From the NCBI GenBank assembly GCA_963757475.1, contig CAVWRW010000014.1:131631-195630 (forward strand): DNA of 64,000 bases, read 5' to 3'. Positions 22,866 to 32,265 of the stretch are shown piece by piece. The translations under genes and the position numbers were made by a program. Under the pieces are notes generated by a model that was not told the origin of the DNA, ran no database searches, and worked only from the letters and a program-made list of their open reading frames with translations. This DNA is from Candidatus Dormiibacterota bacterium (GTDB lineage: Bacteria > Chloroflexota > Dormibacteria > Aeolococcales > Aeolococcaceae). Position 1 is the first letter of the stretch. Each line of letters starts with the position of its first letter.

Positions 22866-23390
22866 ATGAACCTGCAACCCTACGTGGACAGCATCCAACG
22901 GCAGCTCGAAGTAGCGGCCGAGACCGGGGGTGACGAGGCTCGCGCGCTTGCCGAGCGACTCGCCGCGCCGCTGGACTCGGCGATCCGGCTCGCACTCCAG
23001 GACGCTCTCGCGGCTGCTGCCGAGGAGATCACCCTCGATCTCGCGCCCGGCTCCGTCGAGCTGCGCCTGCACGGTCGTGATCTCGATTTCGTTGTCACCG
23101 CTCCGCCTGCCGACGTCTCCTCCACGAACGCCGGGGGCGCCGACACTGCAACCCGCGCCTGGACCGCCGACGCGGACGACGTGGACGAAGGCGGGATGTC
23201 GCGGATCAACTTCCGCCTGCCTGAGCAGCTGAAGGTTCGGATCGAGCGCGCCGCCGGGAGCGAGGCGCTCTCCGTCAACGCGTGGCTCGTTCGCGTCGTC
23301 GGTGCGCGAGTGGAAGGAACAGACCCCGGATCTCGAAACGAATCGCGCCAGGCGCGGAGCGGCAATCACTACAAGGGATGGGTCCGCTGA
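22866..23390 (+). CDS. ribbon-helix-helix (Arc/HicB-like) domain protein
   Basis: The C-terminal MSRINFRLPEQLKVRIERAAGSEALSVNAWLVRVV is RHH-like. The N-terminal part is helical. Confidence 0.6.
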   Translation: MNLQPYVDSIQRQLEVAAETGGDEARALAERLAAPLDSAIRLALQDALAAAAEEITLDLAPGSVELRLHGRDLDFVVTAPPADVSSTNAGGADTATRAWTADADDVDEGGMSRINFRLPEQLKVRIERAAGSEALSVNAWLVRVVGARVEGTDPGSRNESRQARSGNHYKGWVR

Positions 23391-23428
23391 TTCAGGCGGA
23401 TCCACACATTTGAGGAGCGACGAACGTC

Positions 23429-24304
23429 ATGCCTACCTTTGATACCCCAGGACCAATCTCCGTCAGCGTGGAGTTCGGCGTGGGCGACCTTCGCGTCGCC
23501 GCGGCCGACCGAACCGACACCGTCGTCGAGGTGCGCCCGTCTGATCCGACGCGGAAGGCAGATGTCGAGGCCGCCGAACAAACTCGCGTCGACTATTCGA
23601 ACGGCGCACTGGTCGGTGAAGGCGCCGAAGGGTTGGCGCTATATCGGCCCGCGCAAGGACTTCAGGGTCGGTCAACATCGTCATCGAGTTGCCGGGCGGC
23701 TCGCAGTTGCACGGTTCGGCGGGGATGGGCCCGCTCCACGCGACGGGTCGCCTCGGAGACTGCCGCTACGACACAGGCCTTGGGGACGTTCAAATCGCCG
23801 AGGCGTCGTCGCTCGAGGTCAAGACGGGCTTGGGGGACATCATGGTCGACGGCGTCGCCGGCCCCGCTGATATCAAGACCGGCTCCGGTGCCGTCCGGAT
23901 CGGCACGATCGCCGGCACGGCGGTCATCCGGAATTCCAACGGGGATTCCTGGGTCGGCGCGGTGAGCGGGGACGTGCGAGTGAATGCTGCGAACGGCCGC
24001 ATCACGCTTGACCGCGCTGGAGCCACTGTCACCGCGAAGACCGCCAACGGCGACATCCGGATCGGCGAGGTGGTTGGCGGCGTGACTGTTGCGCACACCG
24101 CGCTCGGTAAGGTCGACATCGGGGTCCGTGACGGCGTCGCCGCCTGGCTCGATCTCAACACCTCGTTCGGCACCGTCGTCAGCGACCTCGATGGGACGTC
24201 CGAACCCGGCCCCGGAGCGAACTGGTGGAAGTCCGCGTGCGCACCTCGTTCGGCGACATCACCATCCATCGCGTCGCGGCGGCTGCCCCCGCGGGAATCG
24301 TTTG
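23429..24304 (+). pseudogene. DUF4097 beta-repeat protein, three successive +1 frameshifts (about 23613, 23668, 24220)
   Basis: MPTFDTPGPISVSVEFGVGDLRV... then VKAPKGWRYIGPRKDF, then SVNIVIELPGGSQL...AWLDLNTSFGTV, then ELVEVRVRTSFGDITIHR. These read in frames 2, 0, 1, 2 (coordinate mod 3). Confidence 0.7.
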
Positions 24305-25087
24305 ATGACAACCGCTCAAGTCCGGGAACCTGCGATCCGCGTGCAGGGACTGGAGAAGGCGTACGAGAAGCTCGAGGTGCTGCGCGGCGTGGACTTCGAC
24401 GTTGCGCGCGGCAGCATCTTCGCGCTGCTCGGCTCGAACGGTGCCGGCAAGACGACGATCATCAAAATCCTGTCCACGCTGCTCAAGTCCGACTCCGGAG
24501 CGGCGATCGTGAACGGCTTCGATGTCGCCACGCAGGCTGCGGATGTGCGTCAGTCCATCAGCCTCACCGGACAGTTCGCGGCCGTCGACGAGATTCTCAG
24601 CGGGCGCGAGAACCTCGTCCTGGTCGCGCGGTTGCGCCACCTCAAGGAGCCGGGCACGATTGCTGATGACCTGCTCAAGCGTTTCTCGCTGACCGACGCG
24701 GGCGCGCGCAGGGTGGCGACCTATTCCGGTGGAATGCGCCGCCGCCTCGACATCGCGATGAGCCTTATCGGGAACCCGCCCGTCATCTTCCTCGACGAGC
24801 CGACGGCCGGGCTCGACCCACAGGGACGCATCGAGGTGTGGGAGGCCGTCAAAGAACTCGCCGCGCTCGGCACGACAGTGCTGCTCACGACGCAGTATCT
24901 CGACGAGGCCGAACAACTGGCCGATCGGATTGCGATCCTCAACGTTGGCCGGATCATCGTGAACGGCACGCTGCCCGAGCTCAAGCAGCTGCTGCCGCCG
25001 GCGAAGGTCGAATACATCGAGAAGCAGCCGACGCTCGAAGACGTCTTCTTCGCCATCGTCGGCGACAGCGGCAAGGAGCAACCATGA
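24305..25087 (+). CDS. ABC transporter ATP-binding protein (DrrA-like)
   Basis: GSNGAGKTT, YSGGMRRRLDIA, VIFLDEPTAGLD. ATG immediately follows the upstream stop. Confidence 0.9.
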   Translation: MTTAQVREPAIRVQGLEKAYEKLEVLRGVDFDVARGSIFALLGSNGAGKTTIIKILSTLLKSDSGAAIVNGFDVATQAADVRQSISLTGQFAAVDEILSGRENLVLVARLRHLKEPGTIADDLLKRFSLTDAGARRVATYSGGMRRRLDIAMSLIGNPPVIFLDEPTAGLDPQGRIEVWEAVKELAALGTTVLLTTQYLDEAEQLADRIAILNVGRIIVNGTLPELKQLLPPAKVEYIEKQPTLEDVFFAIVGDSGKEQP

Positions 25088-25845
25088 CCAGGCATTTCTT
25101 CGGCGACACCGCCGTTCTGACAGGACGATCCCTGCGCCACATCACGCGCAGCCTGGACACGATCATCACAACGACGATCATGCCGATCTTCTTCCTGCTG
25201 CTTTTCGTCTACGTCTTCGGCGGCGCGATCAAGTCGGGTTCGGGGACGTATGTCGACTATCTCCTGCCCGGCATCCTGCTCATCACCATTGCCTCGGGTA
25301 TCTCGTACACCGCCTTCCGCCTCTTCATGGACATACAGAGCGGCATCTTCGAGCGGTTCCAGTCCATGCCGATCGCGCGGTCATCGGTGCTCTGGGCGCA
25401 TGTGCTGACCTCCTTGGTCGCGAATCTCATTTCGCTCGTGGTGGTGGTGCTCGTCGCGCTCCTCATGGGCTTCCGTTCGGGAGCGGGAGTGACGGCATGG
25501 CTCGCGGTTGTCGGCATCCTGGTCGTGTTCACCCTGGCGTTGACGTGGCTTGCGGTCATTCCCGGTCTCTCTGCGAAGTCCGTGGACGGCGCGAGCGTCT
25601 TCTCGTATCCGCTCGTCTTCCTGCCGTTCATCAGCTCTGCATTCGTGCCCACCAACACGATGCCCGGCCCGGTGCGCGCCTTCGCTGATCACCAGCCCGT
25701 GACGTCGATCGTCAACACGATTCGCGAGCTGTATTCACAGCAACCGGTTGGCGCCGACGTCTGGATTGCGCTTGCCTGGTGTGTCGGTATCCTCGTCGTC
25801 GCGTACGGCTTCGCGATGGTCATCTACCGCAGGAAGATCAGCTAG
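25084..25845 (+). CDS. ABC-2 type permease (DrrB-like)
   Basis: ATGA overlap with the upstream gene. Six hydrophobic helices. Confidence 0.85.
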   Translation: MTRHFFGDTAVLTGRSLRHITRSLDTIITTTIMPIFFLLLFVYVFGGAIKSGSGTYVDYLLPGILLITIASGISYTAFRLFMDIQSGIFERFQSMPIARSSVLWAHVLTSLVANLISLVVVVLVALLMGFRSGAGVTAWLAVVGILVVFTLALTWLAVIPGLSAKSVDGASVFSYPLVFLPFISSAFVPTNTMPGPVRAFADHQPVTSIVNTIRELYSQQPVGADVWIALAWCVGILVVAYGFAMVIYRRKIS

Positions 25846-25967
25846 GAGAGCGTCGAACGGGAAGTACCCGTTTCGGTCGGACTCCGGCGATGACCCTCTG
25901 TCACTGATCGGTTCGCGGCCTGTCGCTACCCGAGGAAAGTGCTCCGGCGGTTCGTAGGATCGTCCGG

Positions 25968-26801
25968 ATGGAAATGGGAGATTCGAGGTCTGGACCGGCG
26001 GTGGCGCCGCCGCCACCACCCTATTACGGAACGCCCCCGCCGCCCCCACCGGCGTACCGGGCAACCGGGAGCACCCCATTTCCAGTGCCGAGGCTGGATC
26101 GACCGACGATCCGGCGCGAGCTCATCGTGGTCCTGCTGGTGTTTCCGGCGATGGCAACGATCACCGCGATCATCACCCTGGTCGCGGAGGTGAGCGGCCA
26201 TTCGCGCGGTGGGTCTGTCTTTGGCGAGCTCGATCCCACCGCCGCCACCATCCTGCAGGTGCTCTACACGCTCGCGCTCGCGGCGCCATTAGCACTCGTC
26301 TGGTATCTGCTTGGCCGCTCCGGTCTGTCGTTCAAGTCAATCGGTCTCGACCGATCACACCTGGTTCGCGACATCGTGATGGGCCTGCTGCTGATGCTCG
26401 CGGCGCGGTTCCTGTCGAACTGGATTGGCGAGTTCCTCTTCTACTCCCATGTCCCGGGCGTGTACGGCACACCATTACCTCCGGGCACGTCCAAGTTGCC
26501 GTTCATCATCACGGGCATAGCAACGTCTGTGGTCTCAGGGGTGGTGGAGGAGGTGGTAGTGCTCGGGTACCTCACCAACCGCCTTCGCGGTCTGGGCTGG
26601 GCCATGCCGGCGATCGCGATCGTCTCCCTGATCCTTCGCGGCTCGTATCACGTGGAGTACGGGTTAGGCGTGCTGCAGCCTCTCGTCTTCGGAGCGATGA
26701 TGACCGCGTTCTACCTGCAAACGCGCCGGCTCTTGCCCGTGATAATCGGTCACGTCGGGTACGACATCTGGGTGACACTCCAGGCCGCCACCTATCTCTG
26801 A
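25968..26801 (+). CDS. CPBP family intramembrane glutamic endopeptidase with Pro-rich N-terminus
   Basis: VVEEVVVLGYLTNRL (EExxxR), LRGSYH and IIGHVGYD motifs. Confidence 0.8.
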   Translation: MEMGDSRSGPAVAPPPPPYYGTPPPPPPAYRATGSTPFPVPRLDRPTIRRELIVVLLVFPAMATITAIITLVAEVSGHSRGGSVFGELDPTAATILQVLYTLALAAPLALVWYLLGRSGLSFKSIGLDRSHLVRDIVMGLLLMLAARFLSNWIGEFLFYSHVPGVYGTPLPPGTSKLPFIITGIATSVVSGVVEEVVVLGYLTNRLRGLGWAMPAIAIVSLILRGSYHVEYGLGVLQPLVFGAMMTAFYLQTRRLLPVIIGHVGYDIWVTLQAATYL

Positions 26802-26802
26802 C

Positions 26803-27216
26803 ATGCGGCGGCCTTACCGCCCGATGCGCCTGATTGGCTTCGGCCTGATCAGCTTCGGGATCATCCTGTCGATATGGGTGCCCAGCGCTCGAGGCGCTGC
26901 GCCGTGGCTGGTGGTGGCGATCACGCTCATGGTTCTGGGAAGCGCCATCGTTCTCTTCGCAGACATATCGGCGCGGAGACCACACAAGCAGACCAACGGG
27001 CTGCCAATTGATGCTTTGCTACAACGCCCTGTCACATGGGTGGCTGTGCGCAGTCGTGCGAATCACTACGAAGCTGACGCTGCAGGCAACCGCTGGGAGC
27101 TCGCGGTGGAGACGTCAGCTCACGGGACGCGCTACATCCTCACGATTGACGGACACGCCGTGAATGAAATGGCGTACTGCCCTGCAGGTTGGGTCCTCGA
27201 CGAGGCGAGCGTCTAA
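26803..27216 (+). CDS. hypothetical two-TM protein
   Basis: Starts 1 nt after the CPBP stop. Two hydrophobic helices are followed by a soluble domain. Confidence 0.5.
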   Translation: MRRPYRPMRLIGFGLISFGIILSIWVPSARGAAPWLVVAITLMVLGSAIVLFADISARRPHKQTNGLPIDALLQRPVTWVAVRSRANHYEADAAGNRWELAVETSAHGTRYILTIDGHAVNEMAYCPAGWVLDEASV

Positions 27217-27737
27217 CCCGCGGCGCGGCGGCGGTAGTCAGCGGTTTCAGACGGCTGGGGCGCGAGCAACGACGTCACGTAGTCCTCGACGTTGTCGAAG
27301 CTGGAGAGGAGCCCGTCGTACTTGGACATATGGTCGCGACCGGCCTGGTCGGGGAACGCCAACCGGTACGTCAGCTCTGTCACACCGTCGACTTCCTTGA
27401 GGTCCATCGTCTCGACGGCCTCCACACCCGGCCATCCGTCGAAGATCCACGTCTCAACCGTCCGGGTCGGCGGCTCGACCTCGAGGTAGGTACCCCGAAA
27501 CGAGCACTCAACTCCGTCGGGCGTGACCATGACGATGTGATAGTCGCCGCCGATACGCAGGTCGATCGAGCACACGGTCACTTCCTCCTCAAATGGAGCG
27601 AAGTGTTTCCGTACATGCTCCGGCTTCGTAAACACGTCGAAAACGAGTTGGATCGGAGCGTGGAACTCTCGAGAGATGAGAATCTCGAGATCGCTCGGGA
27701 ATTCGATCGCTGCCGCACCACGCTGCTGAGCTGTCAT
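27213..27737 (-). CDS. SRPBCC (AHSA1/Aha1-like) domain protein
   Basis: ISREFHAPIQLVFDVFTKPEHVRKHFAP...FRGTYLEVEPP pattern. ATGA overlap with the ArsR gene. Confidence 0.8.
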   Translation of the reverse strand: MTAQQRGAAAIEFPSDLEILISREFHAPIQLVFDVFTKPEHVRKHFAPFEEEVTVCSIDLRIGGDYHIVMVTPDGVECSFRGTYLEVEPPTRTVETWIFDGWPGVEAVETMDLKEVDGVTELTYRLAFPDQAGRDHMSKYDGLLSSFDNVEDYVTSLLAPQPSETADYRRRAAG

Positions 27738-28075
27738 TGCCGCTCTCCTTGTTCCTGTAGCTCGTTGAGGTAAACGCCCACCCGATCCATTCGCTCGTTC
27801 ACCTCCTGCTCGTACTGGGCCAACCACTTATGCAGTGGCGCAAGGCGCGCGGATTCGAGGCGGTACAGGCGGCGACGTCCATCAGCACGACACCCCACCA
27901 GTCCCACCGCACGGAGCACCCGCAGGTGTTTGGAAACCTGAGGCTGGGGCATCGAGAGGTGCTTCACGATCGCTCCCACCGCCTTCTCGCCACCGATCAG
28001 CGTGTCCAGCACGTCACGACGACCAGCATCGCCAAGGGCGTTGAAGACGTCGGCTGTGGTGGACGAACGGGCCAT
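27734..28075 (-). CDS. ArsR/SmtB family transcriptional regulator
   Basis: FNALGDAGRRDVLDTL...VGAIVKHLSMPQPQVSKHLRVLRAVGLV is a winged-HTH motif. Confidence 0.85.
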   Translation of the reverse strand: MARSSTTADVFNALGDAGRRDVLDTLIGGEKAVGAIVKHLSMPQPQVSKHLRVLRAVGLVGCRADGRRRLYRLESARLAPLHKWLAQYEQEVNERMDRVGVYLNELQEQGERQ

Positions 28076-28210
28076 TGCGAAGATTATATATGCCGATATG
28101 GACATGTATCAGGCCGCGCTGCATGCGGACAGGCAAGAACGTCTCGTGAAACGTGCTGGGCGACCGAGCCGCGCCGGCGCCGGGCCCTGCCAGCCCGGTC
28201 CGCGGCCCAG

Positions 28211-28287
28211 TGGTACCCCGTATCGGATTCGAACCGATGGTCTCCGCCTTGAGAGGGCGGTGTCCTGGGCCTCTAGACGAACGGGGC
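28211..28287 (-). tRNA. tRNA-Glu (anticodon CUC), CCA encoded
   Basis: GCCCCGTTCGTCTAGAGGCCCAGGACACCGCCCTCTCAAGGCGGAGACCATCGGTTCGAATCCGATACGGGGTACCA folds as a cloverleaf. Anticodon loop is CTCTCAA. Confidence 0.9.
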
Positions 28288-28333
28288 CTGGAGGCTCTGG
28301 ATCATACCAGCGGCCTTCGTCGGCTCCCCGAGG

Positions 28334-30220
28334 TCAGACCTGATCGGGAGCGGCCATCCCAAGCGAATGCAGGGCGTCGGCGAGGGTGGCTCGTGTTGCA
28401 GCGACGAGCGCGCGGCGGAATCCGCGGACGGCCGGGTCCTCCTCTCGGACCATCGCCGGCGTGTGCTCGTAAAAGTCGCTGAACGCCGAGGCAAGGCCAA
28501 AGGCGTACGTCGTGAGGATCGACGGCGACAGGGCGAGCGCGGTTTCCGTGAGCGCTCGCGGATACGCCTCGACGGCGTGCAGGAGCTCGCGCTCGGCCGG
28601 GTGCAACGCTCCGGGTGACGTCGCCGCCTCGGTGCCCGCGTCGACCTTGCGCAGGATGCCCGCGGCGCGCGCATGCGCGTACTGGAGATAGACACCCGTG
28701 TCGCCGGTGACGCGCAGCGCCTCGTCGAAATCGAAGGCGATGATCTGGTTCAGCGAGAACTTCAGCAGGTAATAGCGCACGGCCCCGGCGGCGACGGCCT
28801 TCGCACTCTCCGCGTCCCGCGCGTTCACGCTGAGCCGCGCGATTGCACGATCGAGGAGGTCGTCGGCGCGCACTTCAATGCCGCGCCGGCCGCTGAGCGC
28901 GACGCTAGCGTGGCCCTCCTCAATCTCGACACCGAGCTCCGCTGCCGCGGCGGGAGTCAGCGCCACGACTTCGTAGCTGAGGTGGATCGAGTTGTCGGCC
29001 TCCCGGTCGTGATGCAACCGGCGCAGTGCGCGTTGCACCACGCGCTGTGGATACGCCTGGCGCGCATCGATGACGTTGATCACACGTTGCGCGTTCCCGA
29101 AATGCGCCGCGGGTGCACCCGGCACCGGCTCGGTCGTCGTGCTCATCAGGGACGGATTGCCTTCCCAGGGTCGATAGTAGAAGTCGCGCCCGAGGAGCCC
29201 GAACTTCCAGAGCTGGTAAGCGATATCCTTCGCGGTATACGTTGCGATACCGTCAGATTTGACAAGAACCTTGGTATCGTCGTCCCCTTCCTCGTCATCG
29301 CCCTCAGCGGGCATCACCCAGCAGCCGGCGAGCTTGCCGGATTCTGTGTACACGATCGCACCGGACTCCTTGAGCAGCTCGAACGCCTGCCGCCAGAACC
29401 CCAGCGCGATGATGTCGGACTCCCAGGTCAGCAGGTCGTACGCGATGTCGAACCGATGCATGGTCGCCAGGTGCGCGTTGACGATGCGCCGGGCGATGTC
29501 CTTGACGAACACCGCCGTCTCGTTGCCGCCCTGCTCCACGTCGTGGAGGATCTCCCGACGCCGCTCCAGCAACGCGGGGTCGCGTTCGTAGCGGCCCGAC
29601 ACCTCGACATAGACGCGCGAGCAGTACTGATCGAACGGCTCACCGGGGAGCTGCTCGAAGCCGAGCTCGCGGATGCCGACGACGACATCCGCGACCTGCA
29701 CGCCCGTGTCGTCGATGTAGTTGTTGACCTCGACGGCGTGTCCTGTCCTGCGGAGGACGCGGGCGACGGTGTCGCCGATGCAGGCGTTGCGGAGGTGGCC
29801 GATGTGGGCGGCCTTGTTCGGGTTCGTCGCGGTGTGCTCGACGAGCGTCTTGCCCGACGCGCTGGCCGCCTCCGCTGAAAGTTGCAGCGCCCCGGTGTCT
29901 TCGAGGTCACGCGCCGATGCGAGGACGGCATCGCCCCATGCGGCGTCCGCGAGATGGGCGTTGACGTATCCCGGGGGCGTCACTTCCCAGGTGCGCACCC
30001 GTGGGACCTGCGCGGCATTGAGGTGAGCGGCAAGCTCCGTCGCGATCGCCGTGGGGGCACGTCGAAGGATGCGGGCGAGCCCGAGCGCCGCGGGAGTCGA
30101 CCAGTCGCCGAACTCCGGACGGGCGGACCGCTCGAGGACGAGTTCGAAGCCGGGCTCCACGCCGGCGGCGTCGAGCGCGTCGCGAACGGCCTTGAGCAGC
30201 AACGTTCTCGTGTCAGGCAT
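28334..30220 (-). CDS. argS: arginine--tRNA ligase
   Basis: NPNKAAHIGHLRNACIGD (HIGH region) and a C-terminal anticodon-binding domain. ATG 30220 (MPDTRTLLL) preferred over the longer ORF. Confidence 0.95.
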   Translation of the reverse strand: MPDTRTLLLKAVRDALDAAGVEPGFELVLERSARPEFGDWSTPAALGLARILRRAPTAIATELAAHLNAAQVPRVRTWEVTPPGYVNAHLADAAWGDAVLASARDLEDTGALQLSAEAASASGKTLVEHTATNPNKAAHIGHLRNACIGDTVARVLRRTGHAVEVNNYIDDTGVQVADVVVGIRELGFEQLPGEPFDQYCSRVYVEVSGRYERDPALLERRREILHDVEQGGNETAVFVKDIARRIVNAHLATMHRFDIAYDLLTWESDIIALGFWRQAFELLKESGAIVYTESGKLAGCWVMPAEGDDEEGDDDTKVLVKSDGIATYTAKDIAYQLWKFGLLGRDFYYRPWEGNPSLMSTTTEPVPGAPAAHFGNAQRVINVIDARQAYPQRVVQRALRRLHHDREADNSIHLSYEVVALTPAAAAELGVEIEEGHASVALSGRRGIEVRADDLLDRAIARLSVNARDAESAKAVAAGAVRYYLLKFSLNQIIAFDFDEALRVTGDTGVYLQYAHARAAGILRKVDAGTEAATSPGALHPAERELLHAVEAYPRALTETALALSPSILTTYAFGLASAFSDFYEHTPAMVREEDPAVRGFRRALVAATRATLADALHSLGMAAPDQV

Positions 30221-30276
30221 CCGCGCAAGGGTAACGGGGAGCGCGCGTCCGTCCCGACCGGCGACAATTCGCCGCC

Positions 30277-31140
30277 GTGGACTCGCGACCATGCGTGATT
30301 CCGGCCGCAGGCCTGGGAACGCGCTTTCTTCCCGCCACCAAGGAGCTGCCGAAAGAGCTGCTCCCGGTTCTCGATCGCCCGGTGATCCAGTGGGCGGTCG
30401 AGGAAGCCGTCGCCTCAGGCGCCGATGAGATCGTGCTCGTGCTCGCTGAGGGCAAGGAGGCGCTCGCCGCCCATCTGCGTCCAGATCTCCCGCTCGAGCG
30501 GCTGCTCGAGGAGCGCGGCAAGCTCGCCGAGCTCGAAGCCGTGCGCAAGGCCGGAAACCTCTGCAGGGTCACTGTCGCGCGCCAGACGGCGCCGCGCGGG
30601 CTGGGCGACGCCGTGCTCTGCGCTGCCGACGCTGTCGGCGACCGCACCTTCCTCTGCATGCTGCCCGACGACCTCTCGGTCGCCGACCCGCCGCTGCTAC
30701 GTCAGCTCTGGGACGCCCACGAGCAGCTCGGGACGTCGATCCTCGCGCTGATGCGTGTTCCGGGCGATCAGATTTCCCGGTACGGATGCGCCGAGATCGG
30801 TGAGTCGCGTGGCAAGCTCCACCGTGTGCAAGGTCTTGTGGAGAAGCCGCGCCCTGGCGAGGCCAAGAGCGATCTCGCCGTCATGGGCAGGTACGTCCTG
30901 ACGCCCGCGATCTTCCCGGCGATCCGCGATACCCAGCCGGGTGCCCTCGGCGAGATCCAGCTGACCGACGCCATCGGCAAGCTCCTCGGCTCCGGCGAGG
31001 TCTGGGGTCTGGAGTTCGAAGGTGAGCTGCTCGACGTCGGCACTCCCGCCGGCTGGCTCGCGACGAATCTCCGCCTGGCGCAGCAATACCCGGAGTTCAG
31101 TGGCGTCGTAGCGCAGAGTCAGGGCATGGTCGGCGCATGA
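30277..31140 (+). CDS. galU: UTP--glucose-1-phosphate uridylyltransferase
   Basis: VIPAAGLGTRFLPATKELPKELLPV; 287 aa. Confidence 0.9.
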   Translation: MDSRPCVIPAAGLGTRFLPATKELPKELLPVLDRPVIQWAVEEAVASGADEIVLVLAEGKEALAAHLRPDLPLERLLEERGKLAELEAVRKAGNLCRVTVARQTAPRGLGDAVLCAADAVGDRTFLCMLPDDLSVADPPLLRQLWDAHEQLGTSILALMRVPGDQISRYGCAEIGESRGKLHRVQGLVEKPRPGEAKSDLAVMGRYVLTPAIFPAIRDTQPGALGEIQLTDAIGKLLGSGEVWGLEFEGELLDVGTPAGWLATNLRLAQQYPEFSGVVAQSQGMVGA

Positions 31141-31598
31141 ACGTCTTTCGCAGAGAGTGGGGAGCGATCACCTTCGTGGTGACCATCCTGATCGGCGCCG
31201 TCGCAGTGGCGATCTCGCTCGGCGTCTCCGCGGCGCACGGCTCGCCGCCGACAACGCCCGTTCCCTGTCCCACCTACACCCCGTACGTGGTGACACCGTC
31301 CCCGGTGCCCACCGCGACACCGGCTCCGACCAAGAGTGGCGCACCGACCCCTTCTCCGACTGCTACCGCCGTGCCGACCGTCGCGCCGTCACCCACAGCA
31401 TTCAATCCGGCGCTTGCCAACTGCCCGACACCACCGTTGCCGCCGACGCCGACTCCGAGCCCGACGCCGACGCCAACGGCGGTCGGCGCAACGCCCGCTC
31501 CGACCGTGGCGCCCACACCGACGCCGACTCCGACCGCTCCGCCGAACTCGACGCCGCTGCCGACCGCGACGCCGACACCAGCAGCCGGCTCGGGCTAG
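31137..31598 (+). CDS. membrane-anchored Pro/Thr-rich low-complexity protein
   Basis: ATGA overlap with galU. N-terminal TM helix is followed by ~110 aa of (P/T/A)n repeats. Confidence 0.55.
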   Translation: MNVFRREWGAITFVVTILIGAVAVAISLGVSAAHGSPPTTPVPCPTYTPYVVTPSPVPTATPAPTKSGAPTPSPTATAVPTVAPSPTAFNPALANCPTPPLPPTPTPSPTPTPTAVGATPAPTVAPTPTPTPTAPPNSTPLPTATPTPAAGSG

Positions 31599-31621
31599 CT
31601 TCGGCTATCAGCGCTCGGGGT

Positions 31622-32152
31622 TCAGAGCGCGAAGAGCAACCGGCTGCCGTTCTCGCGCGTGATCGCTGAGCGCTGCAACTCCATATCGACCGAGGGCGGG
31701 TGCCCGGTGTCGATGACCACGGCGATCTGCTCGGACAGGCGGAGCCCGCCGATGCGCACGCAATCCCGCAGGAACGTGAATGCCATCGGCCTGACGAGAT
31801 TCCAGATGTAGCCGCGCACGGCCGACGCCGCCTCGGCGGGCTCGAGCAGCGCATCGGCGCCCCGGATGCTGCGGTCGCGAAACGCGAGGACGCAGACCTC
31901 GTCCGTGAGCTGCACTGGCGCCGTCCACGAGTACTGGTCGTCGTCCGCGAGGGTGCCGACGATGCTGTCCTTGTCGGCGAAGAGCGCAAGTCGCTCGACC
32001 AGCAGTTGCATCGGCCGCGGCGGTCCTTCGACGAAGAGCGGGATGTCGCGGAGTGGCTCGCTACGTTCCTGCGCCGGATACCGCGCGGAGAAGCCGAGGT
32101 CATCGATGCCGCTGAAGGGCGCGGGCACCTTGATGACGAGCTCGTCCATCAC
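31622..32152 (-). CDS. hypothetical protein
   Basis: Intact 176 aa ORF with protein-like composition. No family recognised. Confidence 0.5.
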   Translation of the reverse strand: MMDELVIKVPAPFSGIDDLGFSARYPAQERSEPLRDIPLFVEGPPRPMQLLVERLALFADKDSIVGTLADDDQYSWTAPVQLTDEVCVLAFRDRSIRGADALLEPAEAASAVRGYIWNLVRPMAFTFLRDCVRIGGLRLSEQIAVVIDTGHPPSVDMELQRSAITRENGSRLLFAL

Positions 32153-32265
32153 CGAGCCTCGCGGAACGGGACGATCATCGTGCTCATCACGTCAACCTTT
32201 CATCGAATCTAGCACAGGCATTGCGGCAATCGAGCGAGTTGAACGATTGCTACACTCGCGCGACC

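Noticed and set aside
28076-28333. Possible integrative-element boundary at tRNA-Glu(CUC). The excisionase-like HTH at 36939-37199 was also considered as a prophage remnant.
   Set aside because: I could not recognise an integrase, recombinase, phage structural gene or duplicated tRNA 3' segment. The flanking genes are ordinary chromosomal functions.
31260-31600. Short tandem ccgac/gccgac repeats, also at 55090-55330, considered as a possible CRISPR or other repeat array.
   Set aside because: The units are 6-12 nt, irregular and in frame. They encode Pro/Thr linkers of membrane or secreted proteins, with no repeat-spacer periodicity.
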